Part shown: in pieces, positions 29,901 to 38,196 of the stretch
How positions within the stretch are numbered: position 1 is the stretch's first letter
How the letters are laid out: every line of letters begins with the position of its first letter
DNA from: Patescibacteria group bacterium
GTDB taxonomy: Bacteria > Patescibacteriota > Patescibacteriia > JAXHNJ01
DNA length: 64,000 bases
Assembly: GCA_041649715.1 (NCBI GenBank)
Contig: JBAZMP010000003.1
Location: 167,690-231,689, forward strand
Direction: 5' to 3'
Program-made: the position numbers and the translations under genes
The notes under the pieces: model-generated
Told to the model about the DNA's origin: nothing
What the model saw: the letters and a program-made list of their open reading frames with translations, nothing else
The model's database searches: none

Positions 29901-30434
29901 ACAGCGCGGGCATTGGGGAACCACCTTATACCCCAAATACAATAATTTTTTATCCCAGACCTGCTTTAAGATCCACCAGACGCTTTCAATATAATCATTG
30001 TCGTAAGTGACATAAGGATATTCTAAATCCAGCCAAAAACCCAGACGTTTTGTCATTTCTTCCCATTCGGTTTTATATTTCCAAACATTTGAACGGCACT
30101 GATCATTGAATTTACCCAGACCGTATTTTTCAATCTGGGGCTTGCCGGAAATCTTAAGTTCCTTTTCCACTTCCAGCTCCACCGGCAATCCGTGCGTGTC
30201 CCAGCCGGCTTTTCGCTCCACGTAAAAGCCCCGCATGGTTTTGTAGCGCGGAATCACGTCCTTAAAGGCCCGGGCCAAAACATGATGAATGCCGGGTTTG
30301 CCGTTGGCGGTGGGCGGACCTTCAAAGAAAATAAAAGGATGACCTTTTTTCGTCTTTTCCAGGGTTTTCTTAAAAATATCCTTTTCTTCCCAGAATTTTA
30401 GGGTTTTCTTTTCTGCTTCCGGAAAATTTATCAT
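26958..30434 (-). CDS. ileS: isoleucyl-tRNA synthetase type 2 with an inserted histidine-phosphatase domain
   Basis: EGPPTANGKPGIHH, GWDTHGLPVE, WTTTPWTLPGN, DWAISRERYWG, WFDSGSMP, DQTRGWFY, KMSKS. Insert runs LILVRHAES...VLCVTHQA. Confidence 0.96.
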   Translation of the reverse strand: MINFPEAEKKTLKFWEEKDIFKKTLEKTKKGHPFIFFEGPPTANGKPGIHHVLARAFKDVIPRYKTMRGFYVERKAGWDTHGLPVELEVEKELKISGKPQIEKYGLGKFNDQCRSNVWKYKTEWEEMTKRLGFWLDLEYPYVTYDNDYIESVWWILKQVWDKKLLYLGYKVVPQCPRCGTALSSHEVAQGYKSVTEDSVYIKFELADEPGTFVLAWTTTPWTLPGNVALALGESFKYVKIRQGNEFLILAKDRLNVLQGDHEVIKEYSAKELEGKKYKPLFDFLDLEKEGGKKAYYLTLADFVTVEDGTGVVHTAVMYGEDDYNLGEKIGLPKIHTLDENGIFNSLVKPWQGRFVKDKKLEEEIIDYLKKKNLLYKTEKYTHDYPFCWRCDSPLLYYAKNSWFIKMSALREKLKKNNEKINWVPDYIKEGRFGEWINEVKDWAISRERYWGTPLPVWQCEKCHKYQCFGSREELRLKAAEKPTKLILVRHAESEKNVKGIDSSAPDKYPLTALGKKQAENYAQQLAGKNIDIIFTSPTLRAKQTAEIINRSLKVKIIEDKDLNEIFEGSWEEKTHNELIKNDHDYRRFLAYREKASPEALTIKHSQAGESFEDVKKRIVVFADNLVKKYQGHNVLCVTHQAQIVMFADYLRHYSVSQAIKEIYGHKTGADPRVFYVNPELQEINLHRPFVDQVKALCECGGEMKRVPEVIDCWFDSGSMPFAQVHYPFENKEKIDKGTGFPADFISEAMDQTRGWFYTLLAISTLLDKGPAYKNVICLGLVLDKNGQKMSKSRGNVVNPQEIFEKFGADAIRWYFYSLNQPGETKNFDASGVESVVKKNFLVLFNVLSFYQMYAGTEVKPIESKNVLDIWILTSLHLLIEEVTKDLEHYEIVNAVRKMEVFINDLSTWYLRRSRNRFKGAAEAEKNEALSTLEDVLLTLSKMMAPFTPFLAEELYQATGGVKESVHLADWPGLDREIEKSVINDMILVRQIVEAGHALRAENGFKVRQPLTSLVSNAKNLDEKLLKIIAEELNVREIHLGKTKPAGSEFKVKESYGFWVALDITLTDELREEGIVRELIRQINSLRKEAKLTPGNRIKLKYAAASGFFDKLLAVYGEKLKQEILASDIIEGKKEELEKLSFYKDLKIEGKDLRIGFVV

Positions 30435-30496
30435 ATAAAAAAATAAGCCTAATGCTTATATTTTAGAGGAAAATGACGGGTTTGGCAAGTCGGCTA

Positions 30497-30574
30497 TTGA
30501 CAAAAACAAAAAGTAGTGCTATTATGAACTATTAATTTTTCTCGTTCTTTGATAGATCGGAAATGGAGGAGGTG
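30497..30574 (+). promoter_or_regulatory. sigma70 promoter, boxA-like motif and SD
   Basis: TTGACA(30497)-17-TATTAT with TG; GTTCTTTGATA(30544); GGAGGAGGTG(30565). Confidence 0.75.
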
Positions 30575-30580
30575 TTTGAT

Positions 30581-31165
30581 ATGATATCGGTTGTCTTAAG
30601 TTCGATCGCTATCATCGGTCATGTCATCGCCTTCGTCATATACAATAAACAGATGCTGAAAGGCGAATCAAGGCCGAATGCGGCCACCTGGAGTATTTGG
30701 GTACTAGGTGTCGGTTTGAATTGTGCCACTTATATCGTTATGAGTGGCGATATCATTAAGGCCTTGATACTTCTGGCCGGTTCCTTAGGCTGTACCTGGA
30801 CTTTCTTTTTTTCTCTGTTTAAGGGCAAGCTCACGCGGCTAAACCCCTGGGATATTGTCGCCATGATCATTGGCTTCTTCGCCTCGTTTGTCTGGTGGCA
30901 CTACCGTAATGCGACGATGGCCAACATGATTTTGCAAATCCCCATCGTCATCTCCTTCTTACCCACCTATCGTGGTATCATCCGAAATCCCCGGAATGAA
31001 AAAGCGTTACCCTGGTTTCTCTGGTCAGGCGCTTACCTGCTAACTATTTTCACTGTTATTTTACGTTGGCAGGATAAACCCCTGGATCTGGTCAATCCCA
31101 TCAACTATCTCTTTCTCCATGCAGGTATCGGTTTGTTCGCCCAACGGAAAAAACTTCCGTCCTAA
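30581..31165 (+). CDS. multi-TM membrane protein with internal duplication (PQ-loop-like)
   Basis: About seven TM segments; RPN..TW.IW and LPTY....NP..E...PW halves. Start at ATG 30581 after the SD; terminator at about 31165-31200. Confidence 0.8.
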   Translation: MISVVLSSIAIIGHVIAFVIYNKQMLKGESRPNAATWSIWVLGVGLNCATYIVMSGDIIKALILLAGSLGCTWTFFFSLFKGKLTRLNPWDIVAMIIGFFASFVWWHYRNATMANMILQIPIVISFLPTYRGIIRNPRNEKALPWFLWSGAYLLTIFTVILRWQDKPLDLVNPINYLFLHAGIGLFAQRKKLPS

Positions 31166-31251
31166 AAGCCATGTCGTTCCCACGACCTCTGGCTTTTTTT
31201 CTTAACAAAAATTAATAAACTAGTCTCTCGATTCCTTAATAGCCTAGTCGC

Positions 31252-31473
31252 TCAATCTCTCAATATCTCAATCTCTTTCGTTCGGCTTTTCTCCCCCGCT
31301 AAAATAGCGACTCTGCTTTTACTGACGTCAAAATACTCCGCCAGTAATTTAATCAACGCCTTGTTCGCTCTCCCCTTTTCCGGAGGTGCCGTTATTTTAA
31401 CTTTTAAAAAATCCCCTTGGCGGGAAATTTGGTTAATTCTGGCTTTGGGAAAAACCTTGACCTTAATCACCAT
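31252..31473 (-). CDS. DUF167/YggU-family protein
   Basis: VKVFPKA, VKITAPPEKGRAN, I.AGEKSRTK. Confidence 0.88.
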   Translation of the reverse strand: MVIKVKVFPKARINQISRQGDFLKVKITAPPEKGRANKALIKLLAEYFDVSKSRVAILAGEKSRTKEIEILRD

Positions 31474-31478
31474 TATAT

Positions 31479-32636
31479 CTATTTCTCTTTGCGGGTTAAT
31501 TGACAGACTCTTTCGTATACTTTTAAAGTCTCGCGGGCGCATTTTTCCCAGGAGAATTTTTTAGCCTGCTCATATCCTTTTTTAATCATCGCTTCTCTCT
31601 TAGTCTTGCTGCCTAGCACTTTTTCCAAAGCTTTAGCGATACTTTCTGAACGTTGGGGGTTGACATACTCCGCCGCTTCCCCGCAAACCTCGGGGAGCGA
31701 GGAAGTTTTGGAAACGACCACCGGGCAACCTAGAGACATCGCTTCCAGGGGAGGCAGGCCGAAACCCTCATAAAATGACGGAAAGACAAAGACGGTCGCC
31801 TGCTTCAATAGATCAATCTTGAAATTATGCGGGATGTATTCCAGATATTTCACCCTCTCTTTCAGTTTAAGTTTATTGATCAAACGGAAAATATTCTTGC
31901 TCTTCCAGCCGCGCATCCCCGCCAGCACCAAGTCATACGCGGCGAATCTGGGTTTTTCCTTGATCAATTGGCTGTAAGCCTGCAGCAATCTTAAAAGATT
32001 CTTTCGCGGCTCCAGGGTGCCGACAAAAAGTATATATTTGTCCTTCAGGTTATAACGCTTTAGGGCGGAAATATCTTTCGTCCGGGTCGGATATTTATCG
32101 ACCGTCACGCTTTCATAAACCACCGAGATTTTTTCGGAAGGGATCTTAAATAGCTTAATAATGTCCCTTTTAGTCGCCTGCGATACCGCGATAATATGCT
32201 TCGCCTTTTTCATGCTCTTCGGCACCAAGAAGCGGGTGGAAAACTTCTGGCCGGAGGGAAACCATTTCTTTTCCTTGTAAATGGCCAGGTCATGCACGGT
32301 CACCACCGAGGGCTTATTGTAATTATAGGGGATGACATTCGCCGGGCTATGATAAACATCCAGTTTCTCTTTGCCGAGTTCGGCCGCGATCAAAAGATGA
32401 GAATAGGTAAAAGGAAGAAATTTCTTGTATTGTGAAAAAGGGAAATATTTTATCTCAAAATTTTTCTGCTTGAACTCCCGGGTGTCCGTGACGCGATAAT
32501 CAAAAAACAAGACGTATTGATTCTTCTTGTCAATCCGCATCAAGTTCTTGACCAGGTAATAATTGTAGTGGCCGATCCCCGCTTTTTCGCCCCGCGAGGG
32601 AGAAAGCATGGTCCGGCAATCAATGCCAATTCTCAT
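31479..32636 (-). CDS. GT4-family glycosyltransferase
   Basis: MRIGID, TVHDL, VGTLEPRKN, FPSFYEGFGLPPLEAM, FSWEKCA. Confidence 0.95.
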   Translation of the reverse strand: MRIGIDCRTMLSPSRGEKAGIGHYNYYLVKNLMRIDKKNQYVLFFDYRVTDTREFKQKNFEIKYFPFSQYKKFLPFTYSHLLIAAELGKEKLDVYHSPANVIPYNYNKPSVVTVHDLAIYKEKKWFPSGQKFSTRFLVPKSMKKAKHIIAVSQATKRDIIKLFKIPSEKISVVYESVTVDKYPTRTKDISALKRYNLKDKYILFVGTLEPRKNLLRLLQAYSQLIKEKPRFAAYDLVLAGMRGWKSKNIFRLINKLKLKERVKYLEYIPHNFKIDLLKQATVFVFPSFYEGFGLPPLEAMSLGCPVVVSKTSSLPEVCGEAAEYVNPQRSESIAKALEKVLGSKTKREAMIKKGYEQAKKFSWEKCARETLKVYERVCQLTRKEK

Positions 32637-32645
32637 TTTTATTAT

Positions 32646-32789
32646 GTAGGTTTAAGGTGTTGGAAGAATGAACCGCGCGGTTCATTCGAAACACTTTAGA
32701 CGTTCTATCGCTTTCGCTCGCTCTAAACGTTTTGTACGAGCCACGAAGTGACGATAGAACGGTTACAACGATTTGAACGACTAAGGCGT
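32646..32789. repeat. palindrome plus 9-nt periodic repeats
   Basis: Perfect 22-bp palindrome GAATGAACCGCGCGGTTCATTC (32666-32687); AACGnTTnG-type units; shares CGTTCTATCGCYTTCG with about 34993. Confidence 0.6.
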
Positions 32790-34430
32790 CTACATCCGAT
32801 CCGGCGCCGAAATACCCATAAGCGCCAGGACCTTCATTAAAGCAAACTTTGTCAGTTTTATCAACTCGTAACGTTTGATTTTTAACTTATCGTTGTCAAT
32901 CACCCGGCACACGGTATAAAAATCATGGAACTTTGCGGCCAGATTTTGGGCGTAAAAAGGCAATTTTTGCACCTCATAATTTCCGGCGACCTCCTCTATT
33001 ATTTCTGGCAATTTAATGATTTCCTTGACCAGGTTCAACTCTTCCTTCTTGCGCAATGGTTCCCTGTCCTGCTGTTTTGCTTTCCGGGTGTATTTCGCCG
33101 CCTTTTTTATTATACTACAAATACGGGCGTGGGCGTACTGGACATAATAGACCGGATTTTTCTCGGATTTCTCGCGGCCCAGATCAAGGTCAAAATCCAG
33201 ATGAGTATCAGCGGCATACATCAAAAAGAAAAAACGCGCCACATCCGGCCCGACCTCATCGATCAATTCTTCCAGAGTGACAAAAGTGCCGCCCCGTTTG
33301 GACATCTTGATCTCTTGGCCGCCCTTTATCAGTCTTACCAATTGAAAAATTACGATATCCAATTTCCCCTCAAGATCCAGGGCTCGCAGAGCGGCCTGCA
33401 TCCGGCCTTGGTGGCCGAAATGATCCGCCCCCCAAAAATCGATGGCCTTATCGAATTTCCTCAAGGCGAACTTATCATAATGGTAAGCGATATCAGAAAG
33501 AAAATAAGTCGGTTCACCGTCTTTTTTTAAAAGAACCCGGTCTTTGTCATCGCCGAAAAAAGTGGTCTTAAGGAACAGAGCTCCTTCCTGCTTATAAAGA
33601 AGTTCCTTTCCTTTGAATATATTGATGACCTTATCCGTTAACTTCCTTTGGTATAAAGATTTTTCGGAAAACCAACGGTCAAATTTTATCTTCAGGCGCT
33701 TGGTCACAAAACGTTTGATCTCATCCATCATTAGTTTAAGCACTCTTTCCCTGATTCTCTGGCGCACCTTATCGATATTCTTAAGCTTATAATTATTGAC
33801 GGTCGCCAATTTTTTCGCCAGCTCAATCACGTAGTCTCCCTTGTAACAATAGTCCGGATAATCCAGTTTTATCCCCTGCTGCTGGAAAAAGCGGATGCGG
33901 ACCGATTCCGCCAAAACCTCGATCTGATGGCCCATGTCATTAAGATAATATTCCCGCTGGACGGCAAACCCCGCCGCTTTCAAGACATTGGCCAGGACAT
34001 CGCCCGTAAAGGCGCCGCGGCCGTTGCCCAAATGCAAAGGCCCGGTCGGATTGGCGGAGATAAACTCCACCTGCACCTTCTTGCCTCGGCCGAAGTCCGA
34101 CTGACCGAATTTTAGGTTTTTGGCCTGGCGACTGACCTGCCGCCTTAACCAATCTTCCGATAAATAACAATTTATAAACCCGGGCGCCACCACCATGGCC
34201 TTGCCTATCGCGGCCGGCCAGACCACCCCCTTGATCAGCTGATGCCCAATCTCCATGGCGTTTTTTCCCAAAAGGGGCGCTAATTGCATGGCCAGATTAG
34301 TGGAATAATCACCGAAGCGCTCCTCTTTCGGTCTTTCTACGGCAAAATTTACTTTGGTCAAATTTTCCGGCCAAAGCGTTTCCAGCTGTCGTTTTATTTT
34401 TTCTTCGATCTGAATCTTCAACGTTTTCAT
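32790..34430 (-). CDS. argS: arginyl-tRNA synthetase
   Basis: GDYSTN, EFISANPTGPLHLGNGR, WGADH, MSKRGG, YYVQYAHARI. Start placed at ATG 34430. Confidence 0.96.
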   Translation of the reverse strand: MKTLKIQIEEKIKRQLETLWPENLTKVNFAVERPKEERFGDYSTNLAMQLAPLLGKNAMEIGHQLIKGVVWPAAIGKAMVVAPGFINCYLSEDWLRRQVSRQAKNLKFGQSDFGRGKKVQVEFISANPTGPLHLGNGRGAFTGDVLANVLKAAGFAVQREYYLNDMGHQIEVLAESVRIRFFQQQGIKLDYPDYCYKGDYVIELAKKLATVNNYKLKNIDKVRQRIRERVLKLMMDEIKRFVTKRLKIKFDRWFSEKSLYQRKLTDKVINIFKGKELLYKQEGALFLKTTFFGDDKDRVLLKKDGEPTYFLSDIAYHYDKFALRKFDKAIDFWGADHFGHQGRMQAALRALDLEGKLDIVIFQLVRLIKGGQEIKMSKRGGTFVTLEELIDEVGPDVARFFFLMYAADTHLDFDLDLGREKSEKNPVYYVQYAHARICSIIKKAAKYTRKAKQQDREPLRKKEELNLVKEIIKLPEIIEEVAGNYEVQKLPFYAQNLAAKFHDFYTVCRVIDNDKLKIKRYELIKLTKFALMKVLALMGISAPDRM

Positions 34431-34529
34431 AATTTTATTATAACGGAAAATTTGATTTAAGAAAAGGAAACTCCCTCCCCTTTTTGACACTCCCCCCTTT
34501 CGCTGATTTATGCTAATCTAATAATACTT

Positions 34530-34982
34530 ATGAGTCTTATCGCCAAAAATAAATTCGCCTATTTTGACTATCATATCCTCAAAGAATATGAAGCGGGAAT
34601 CGTCCTGGCGGGTCCGGAGGTAAAATCAGTCAAGCTCGGGCAGATCAATTTAAAGGGCTCTTACGTCAGTTTAAGGAACAATGAGCCCTGGTTAATTAAT
34701 GCCCACATTTCACCCTACAAAATGGCGGTTGGCGCCCAAAAAAAATACGAGCCGACCCATGATCGCAAACTACTTTTAAGGGCATCGGAGATAAGAAGCT
34801 TGATCGGCCAGTCAAAATCGCAAGGGTTGACATTGATACCCCTTTCTGTTTATACTGTAAGAAGGCTTGTAAAAATCCGATTAGCCTTGGGCCGCGGCAA
34901 AAAGAAGTATGACAAGCGGGATTCAATCAAAAAACGGGAAGAAGACCGCCGTTTACAGCGGGCCATGCGCCGGAAGTATTAA
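34530..34982 (+). CDS. smpB: SsrA-binding protein
   Basis: IA.N..A.FDY.I...YEAGIVL.G.EVKS, RKLLL, GKKKYDKR. Confidence 0.97.
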   Translation: MSLIAKNKFAYFDYHILKEYEAGIVLAGPEVKSVKLGQINLKGSYVSLRNNEPWLINAHISPYKMAVGAQKKYEPTHDRKLLLRASEIRSLIGQSKSQGLTLIPLSVYTVRRLVKIRLALGRGKKKYDKRDSIKKREEDRRLQRAMRRKY

Positions 34983-35071
34983 GCGCTCTATTCGTTCTAT
35001 CGCCTTCGGGCTAGTACAAAGGATTAGAACGAGTGAACCGACAGAACGCCTAAAAAGATTACAACATACAC

Positions 35072-35462
35072 GGGGATGCCAAAATTCGATAGAACGTTAA
35101 CAAGGTAAGCTATGCAAGCCGAGCCCGATGGAAACTCGCTAAAAGTCCGTCAAATGATAAGTGTCAAAAACTTATTCAGCAAACTAAGAGAAGCTTTTTC
35201 TCCTAAATTTGCTTTTGCTGCCGTTTAATTAACCGCAGCCATCTGTAAAAGCTGATACCTAATAGGCTCTTATGGGTGTCAAAATATTAGGCATGACTGA
35301 CCGGTTGTCTTGGCGGGTCAGTCGAGAGCACAAAAAGACTTTAGACTTTAAGGTTTTGTTTCTTTCCCACTTAGAGTCCGAACTAAAACCAAAGAAAACA
35401 CGCTTGTAGAATATTTTGCCTTTACTTTCTAGACGCGGGTGCAAGGCCCGCCATCTCCACCA
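35072..35462 (+). ncRNA. ssrA: tmRNA
   Basis: 5' GGGGATG...TTCGA; 3' GACGCGGGTGCAAGGCCCGCCATCTCCACCA; next to smpB. Tag frame 35163-35228 reads VKNLFSKLREAFSPKFAFAAV*. Confidence 0.93.
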
Positions 35463-35541
35463 TTCGGTTCGCCGTTTTTTACTCAAAATAAAAAAAGTCA
35501 GCCTCATTGTTTTCAATTATCTAATTATTAACTAAAAACCT

Positions 35542-36045
35542 ATCAAAAGACTCCGCATAAACCGCCAGATACGCGTCCCGCAAGTCATTGTGATTGACGA
35601 AAAAAATATTAATCTTGGCCCCCTTGATACCTATAAGGCCCAAGCCTTGGCTGAAGAGCGTGGCCTTGACCTTGTAGAAGTCAGCCCCAAGGGCAATCCG
35701 CCGGTCGCAAGGATTCTTGACTTTGGCGCCTATTTGTTCCAACAGGAAAAACAGGAAAGAAAACATAGGGCGAAACAGAAAAAGATTGAAGTCAAGTGTA
35801 TCAGGCTTACTCTAGCGATCGGCAAGCATGATCTAGAGGTCAGAAAAAAGCAAGCCGAAAAGTTTCTGAATGACGGCCACAAAGTCAAAATTGAAATGAT
35901 GCTTCACGGCCGGGAAATCGCCCATCAGGACCTTGGCCGGCAGATCATTTTTGAATTCATCAAAGAACTGGGTGACCAGGTTTTCTTAGAGCAAATGCTG
36001 ACCCGTCAGGGCCGAAAGTTTTTCACCATTGTTTATAAGAAATAA
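35542..36045 (+). CDS. infC: translation initiation factor IF-3 (non-canonical ATC start)
   Basis: Frame extends upstream of GTG 35590 as IKRLRINRQIRVPQVIVIDE to an in-frame TAA at 35533; GLDLVEV, PPVARILDFG. Confidence 0.92.
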   Translation: MKRLRINRQIRVPQVIVIDEKNINLGPLDTYKAQALAEERGLDLVEVSPKGNPPVARILDFGAYLFQQEKQERKHRAKQKKIEVKCIRLTLAIGKHDLEVRKKQAEKFLNDGHKVKIEMMLHGREIAHQDLGRQIIFEFIKELGDQVFLEQMLTRQGRKFFTIVYKK

Positions 36046-36076
36046 CGGGACATCATACCAATAATAATTATAATAT

Positions 36077-36295
36077 ATGCCAAAGATCAAAACCCACAAA
36101 GCAACGGTAAAAAGATTCCGTAAGACCAGCGGCGGAAAATTCATGTTCCGTCAGACCGGTCAGGACCACTTCAACGCCCGCGATTATCCCACTAAAACCA
36201 TGGGTAAAAGAAAAGATATTAGAATCGCGAGAACCAATTTAAAGGCCATTAAGAAACTAATTCCCTATTACAGGACGAAAAAATATGCGCGTTAA
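36077..36295 (+). CDS. rpmI: 50S ribosomal protein L35
   Basis: MPKIKTHKATVKRF..T..GK; lies between infC and rplT. Confidence 0.93.
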   Translation: MPKIKTHKATVKRFRKTSGGKFMFRQTGQDHFNARDYPTKTMGKRKDIRIARTNLKAIKKLIPYYRTKKYAR

Positions 36296-36632
36296 AAGAG
36301 GCGTCATCCACGTCAAAAAAAGACAAAAGCTTTTCCGGGCCCTCAAAGGCTACCGCTGGCGCCGGAAAAACACCCTTAAGCTCGGCAAAACCGCTTTCTT
36401 GAAAGCCGGTGTCAATGCTTACCGCGACCGTAAAAGAAAAAAACGGATCTTCCGCGGCCTGTGGAACATCAAAATCAACGCCGGGGTGAGAGCCTATGGC
36501 TTGAACTACGCCACCTTCATTCATTTGCTTAAAGTGAATAAGATTGAGCTTGACCGGAAAATCCTGTCCCAGCTGGCCGAATTCGAGCCGAAAGTTTTTG
36601 AAGAACTGGTCAAAGAGATCAAACCATCATAA
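36285..36632 (+). CDS. rplT: 50S ribosomal protein L20
   Basis: RVKRG, AYRDRKRKKR.FR.LW..KINA, LDRKILS.LA. Confidence 0.97.
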   Translation: MRVKRGVIHVKKRQKLFRALKGYRWRRKNTLKLGKTAFLKAGVNAYRDRKRKKRIFRGLWNIKINAGVRAYGLNYATFIHLLKVNKIELDRKILSQLAEFEPKVFEELVKEIKPS

Positions 36633-36741
36633 TCAACAAACTTTAAAAAAGTCAGGGTAAAAGAACCTTGACTTTTTTTATTATAATGATAATATAATGT
36701 CAGTCAATAAAAATTACAGAAGCCCTTAGCCTAGGAGGTTA

Positions 36742-37005
36742 ATGGTGAAACGTTTCTTACTAAAACAGATAATACGTAAGATTCTCAGAATTAAACCATC
36801 ATTTGCGGTAGCCCCTTCCACTTCGCGGCCTACTCCAGCAAGAGGCCAATACTATTACTTCGCTAATCCAGCCGACGAAATCCTAACCTGCTGGCCGGTT
36901 TTTCTCGAAGAGTCTCTAATAGAAAAGAAAAAAACAAATACATCGCCACGCCGCGGATGGAAAAATTTTTTCCGAAAGATAGCTAGAGCCATCCTGCGCC
37001 GATAG
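36742..37005 (+). CDS. small basic hypothetical protein (paralog 1)
   Basis: AGGAGGT SD; shares motifs with the next ORF. Confidence 0.7.
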   Translation: MVKRFLLKQIIRKILRIKPSFAVAPSTSRPTPARGQYYYFANPADEILTCWPVFLEESLIEKKKTNTSPRRGWKNFFRKIARAILRR

Positions 37006-37038
37006 AAAAAACCAAGATCCCCGTCAAAGGAGGCCAAA

Positions 37039-37284
37039 ATGAGCAGTCCCTTAACAAGAGAAAACCTAACAGAAAGGCTGAAAAGAACTCCACTCTTTGT
37101 GGTAACTAATACCCCGCGGCATCCGTTGCACGGCAACCACAAGCATGCTTTCGATGATCCGGCGCAAGAAATCATTCAATGTTGGCCGGAAATCCCGAGA
37201 CACCGCCGAAAATCAGACCTGCCCATTCTTTTCTGGAAGAGATTTTTCCAAAAGATCGGTCGCGCCATTTTACGCCACCAATAA
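37039..37284 (+). CDS. small basic hypothetical protein (paralog 2)
   Basis: AAGGAGG SD; terminator AAAACCAG..CTGGTTTTTT at about 37298-37330. Confidence 0.7.
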   Translation: MSSPLTRENLTERLKRTPLFVVTNTPRHPLHGNHKHAFDDPAQEIIQCWPEIPRHRRKSDLPILFWKRFFQKIGRAILRHQ

Positions 37285-37311
37285 TCCGCCCCTTGATAAA
37301 ACCAGACTGAT

Positions 37312-37680
37312 TTAGTCAGCTGGTTTTTTTATTATCTCATTAATTCCATCAATTACCCCCTCCGTGTTTTTGTAAATATCAAGATTTGTCACTCTTAAAA
37401 ATCAGGTGCCAAATGACTTAATATATTCCTCTCGCCTCTTGTCATATTCAATCGTATCCTTAGTAAAATGGCTGAGGCCGTCAACTTCAATGGCCAATTT
37501 CAATTTAGGACAGTAGAAATCAATGACAAAATAACCGACGCTATACTGCCTTCTAAATTTATAACCGAGTACTTGCCTATTTTTAAGTCGCACCCACAAA
37601 AATACCTCGGCCTCTGTCATATTATGCCGCAGCGTTCTTCTATTAATGTTCATCGAGGGATAATTACGAACTCGTTTCAT
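37312..37680 (-). pseudogene. DUF559 (Vsr-like) endonuclease interrupted by one in-frame TGA
   Basis: MT.AE..LW..L, KFRRQ, IDFYC..KLAIEVDG..H; after TGA (37404-37402) the same frame continues FLRVTNLDIYKNTEGVIDGI...*. Confidence 0.8.
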
Positions 37681-37737
37681 ATTTTTCTATCCTCCCCTGT
37701 AAAAACAATGCTGCGTACTTTATACGCTGCGTCATTC

Positions 37738-37786
37738 TTCCCCTCCTTTTTTTATAAAAAAAGGAGGGGAACCAAGGGGAGGTTCC
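37738..37786. repeat. REP-like hairpin upstream of the DUF559 gene
   Basis: TTCCCCTCCTTTTTTTATAAAAAAAGGAGGGGAA followed by CCAAGGGGAGGTT. Confidence 0.65.
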
Positions 37787-37815
37787 TCGCCACCTCTAAC
37801 AATGTATCACATTAA

Positions 37816-38196
37816 CTAGGAAAATAAAGGCTTCCTCACCACCAAATAAATCCCGCTGCCGCCGACAATCCCCAGGCTGTCGATCAACACGTCTCTTAAA
37901 GCCATCTGGCGGCCACCCACAAAACTCTGGTGATATTCATCGCTGGCCGCGTATAAAATACAAAATAACAGAACAATAATATAAACGTATTTTATTTTCC
38001 CTTGATTCTCCCCTTTTAACCCGATCCGCAAGGCCAAAATTGCCAAGATGCCAAACTCTATCATATGTGCCGCCTTTCTCAAAATAAAATCCCAGACATC
38101 GGGGAAACCACTTTTTAAATTTGGCAACGAGGATAAATAAAAAATCAAACCCGCCCAAAGGATAAACGGCAGGTAATACTTAAGAAAAATTTTCAT
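37816..38196 (-). CDS. VanZ-family membrane protein
   Basis: IFYLSS, RKAAH..EFG.L, YAASDEYHQSFV.GR....DV..D..G. Confidence 0.92.
   Translation of the reverse strand: MKIFLKYYLPFILWAGLIFYLSSLPNLKSGFPDVWDFILRKAAHMIEFGILAILALRIGLKGENQGKIKYVYIIVLLFCILYAASDEYHQSFVGGRQMALRDVLIDSLGIVGGSGIYLVVRKPLFS

Noticed and set aside
35259-35516. 85-aa minus-strand ORF
   Set aside because: It overlaps the tmRNA on the opposite strand and is spurious.
37402-37404. TGA recoding (genetic code 25 or selenocysteine)
   Set aside because: RF2 is present with its TGA-dependent frameshift, other genes end at TGA (guaB, rmuC, rsmI), and only this one in-frame case was seen.
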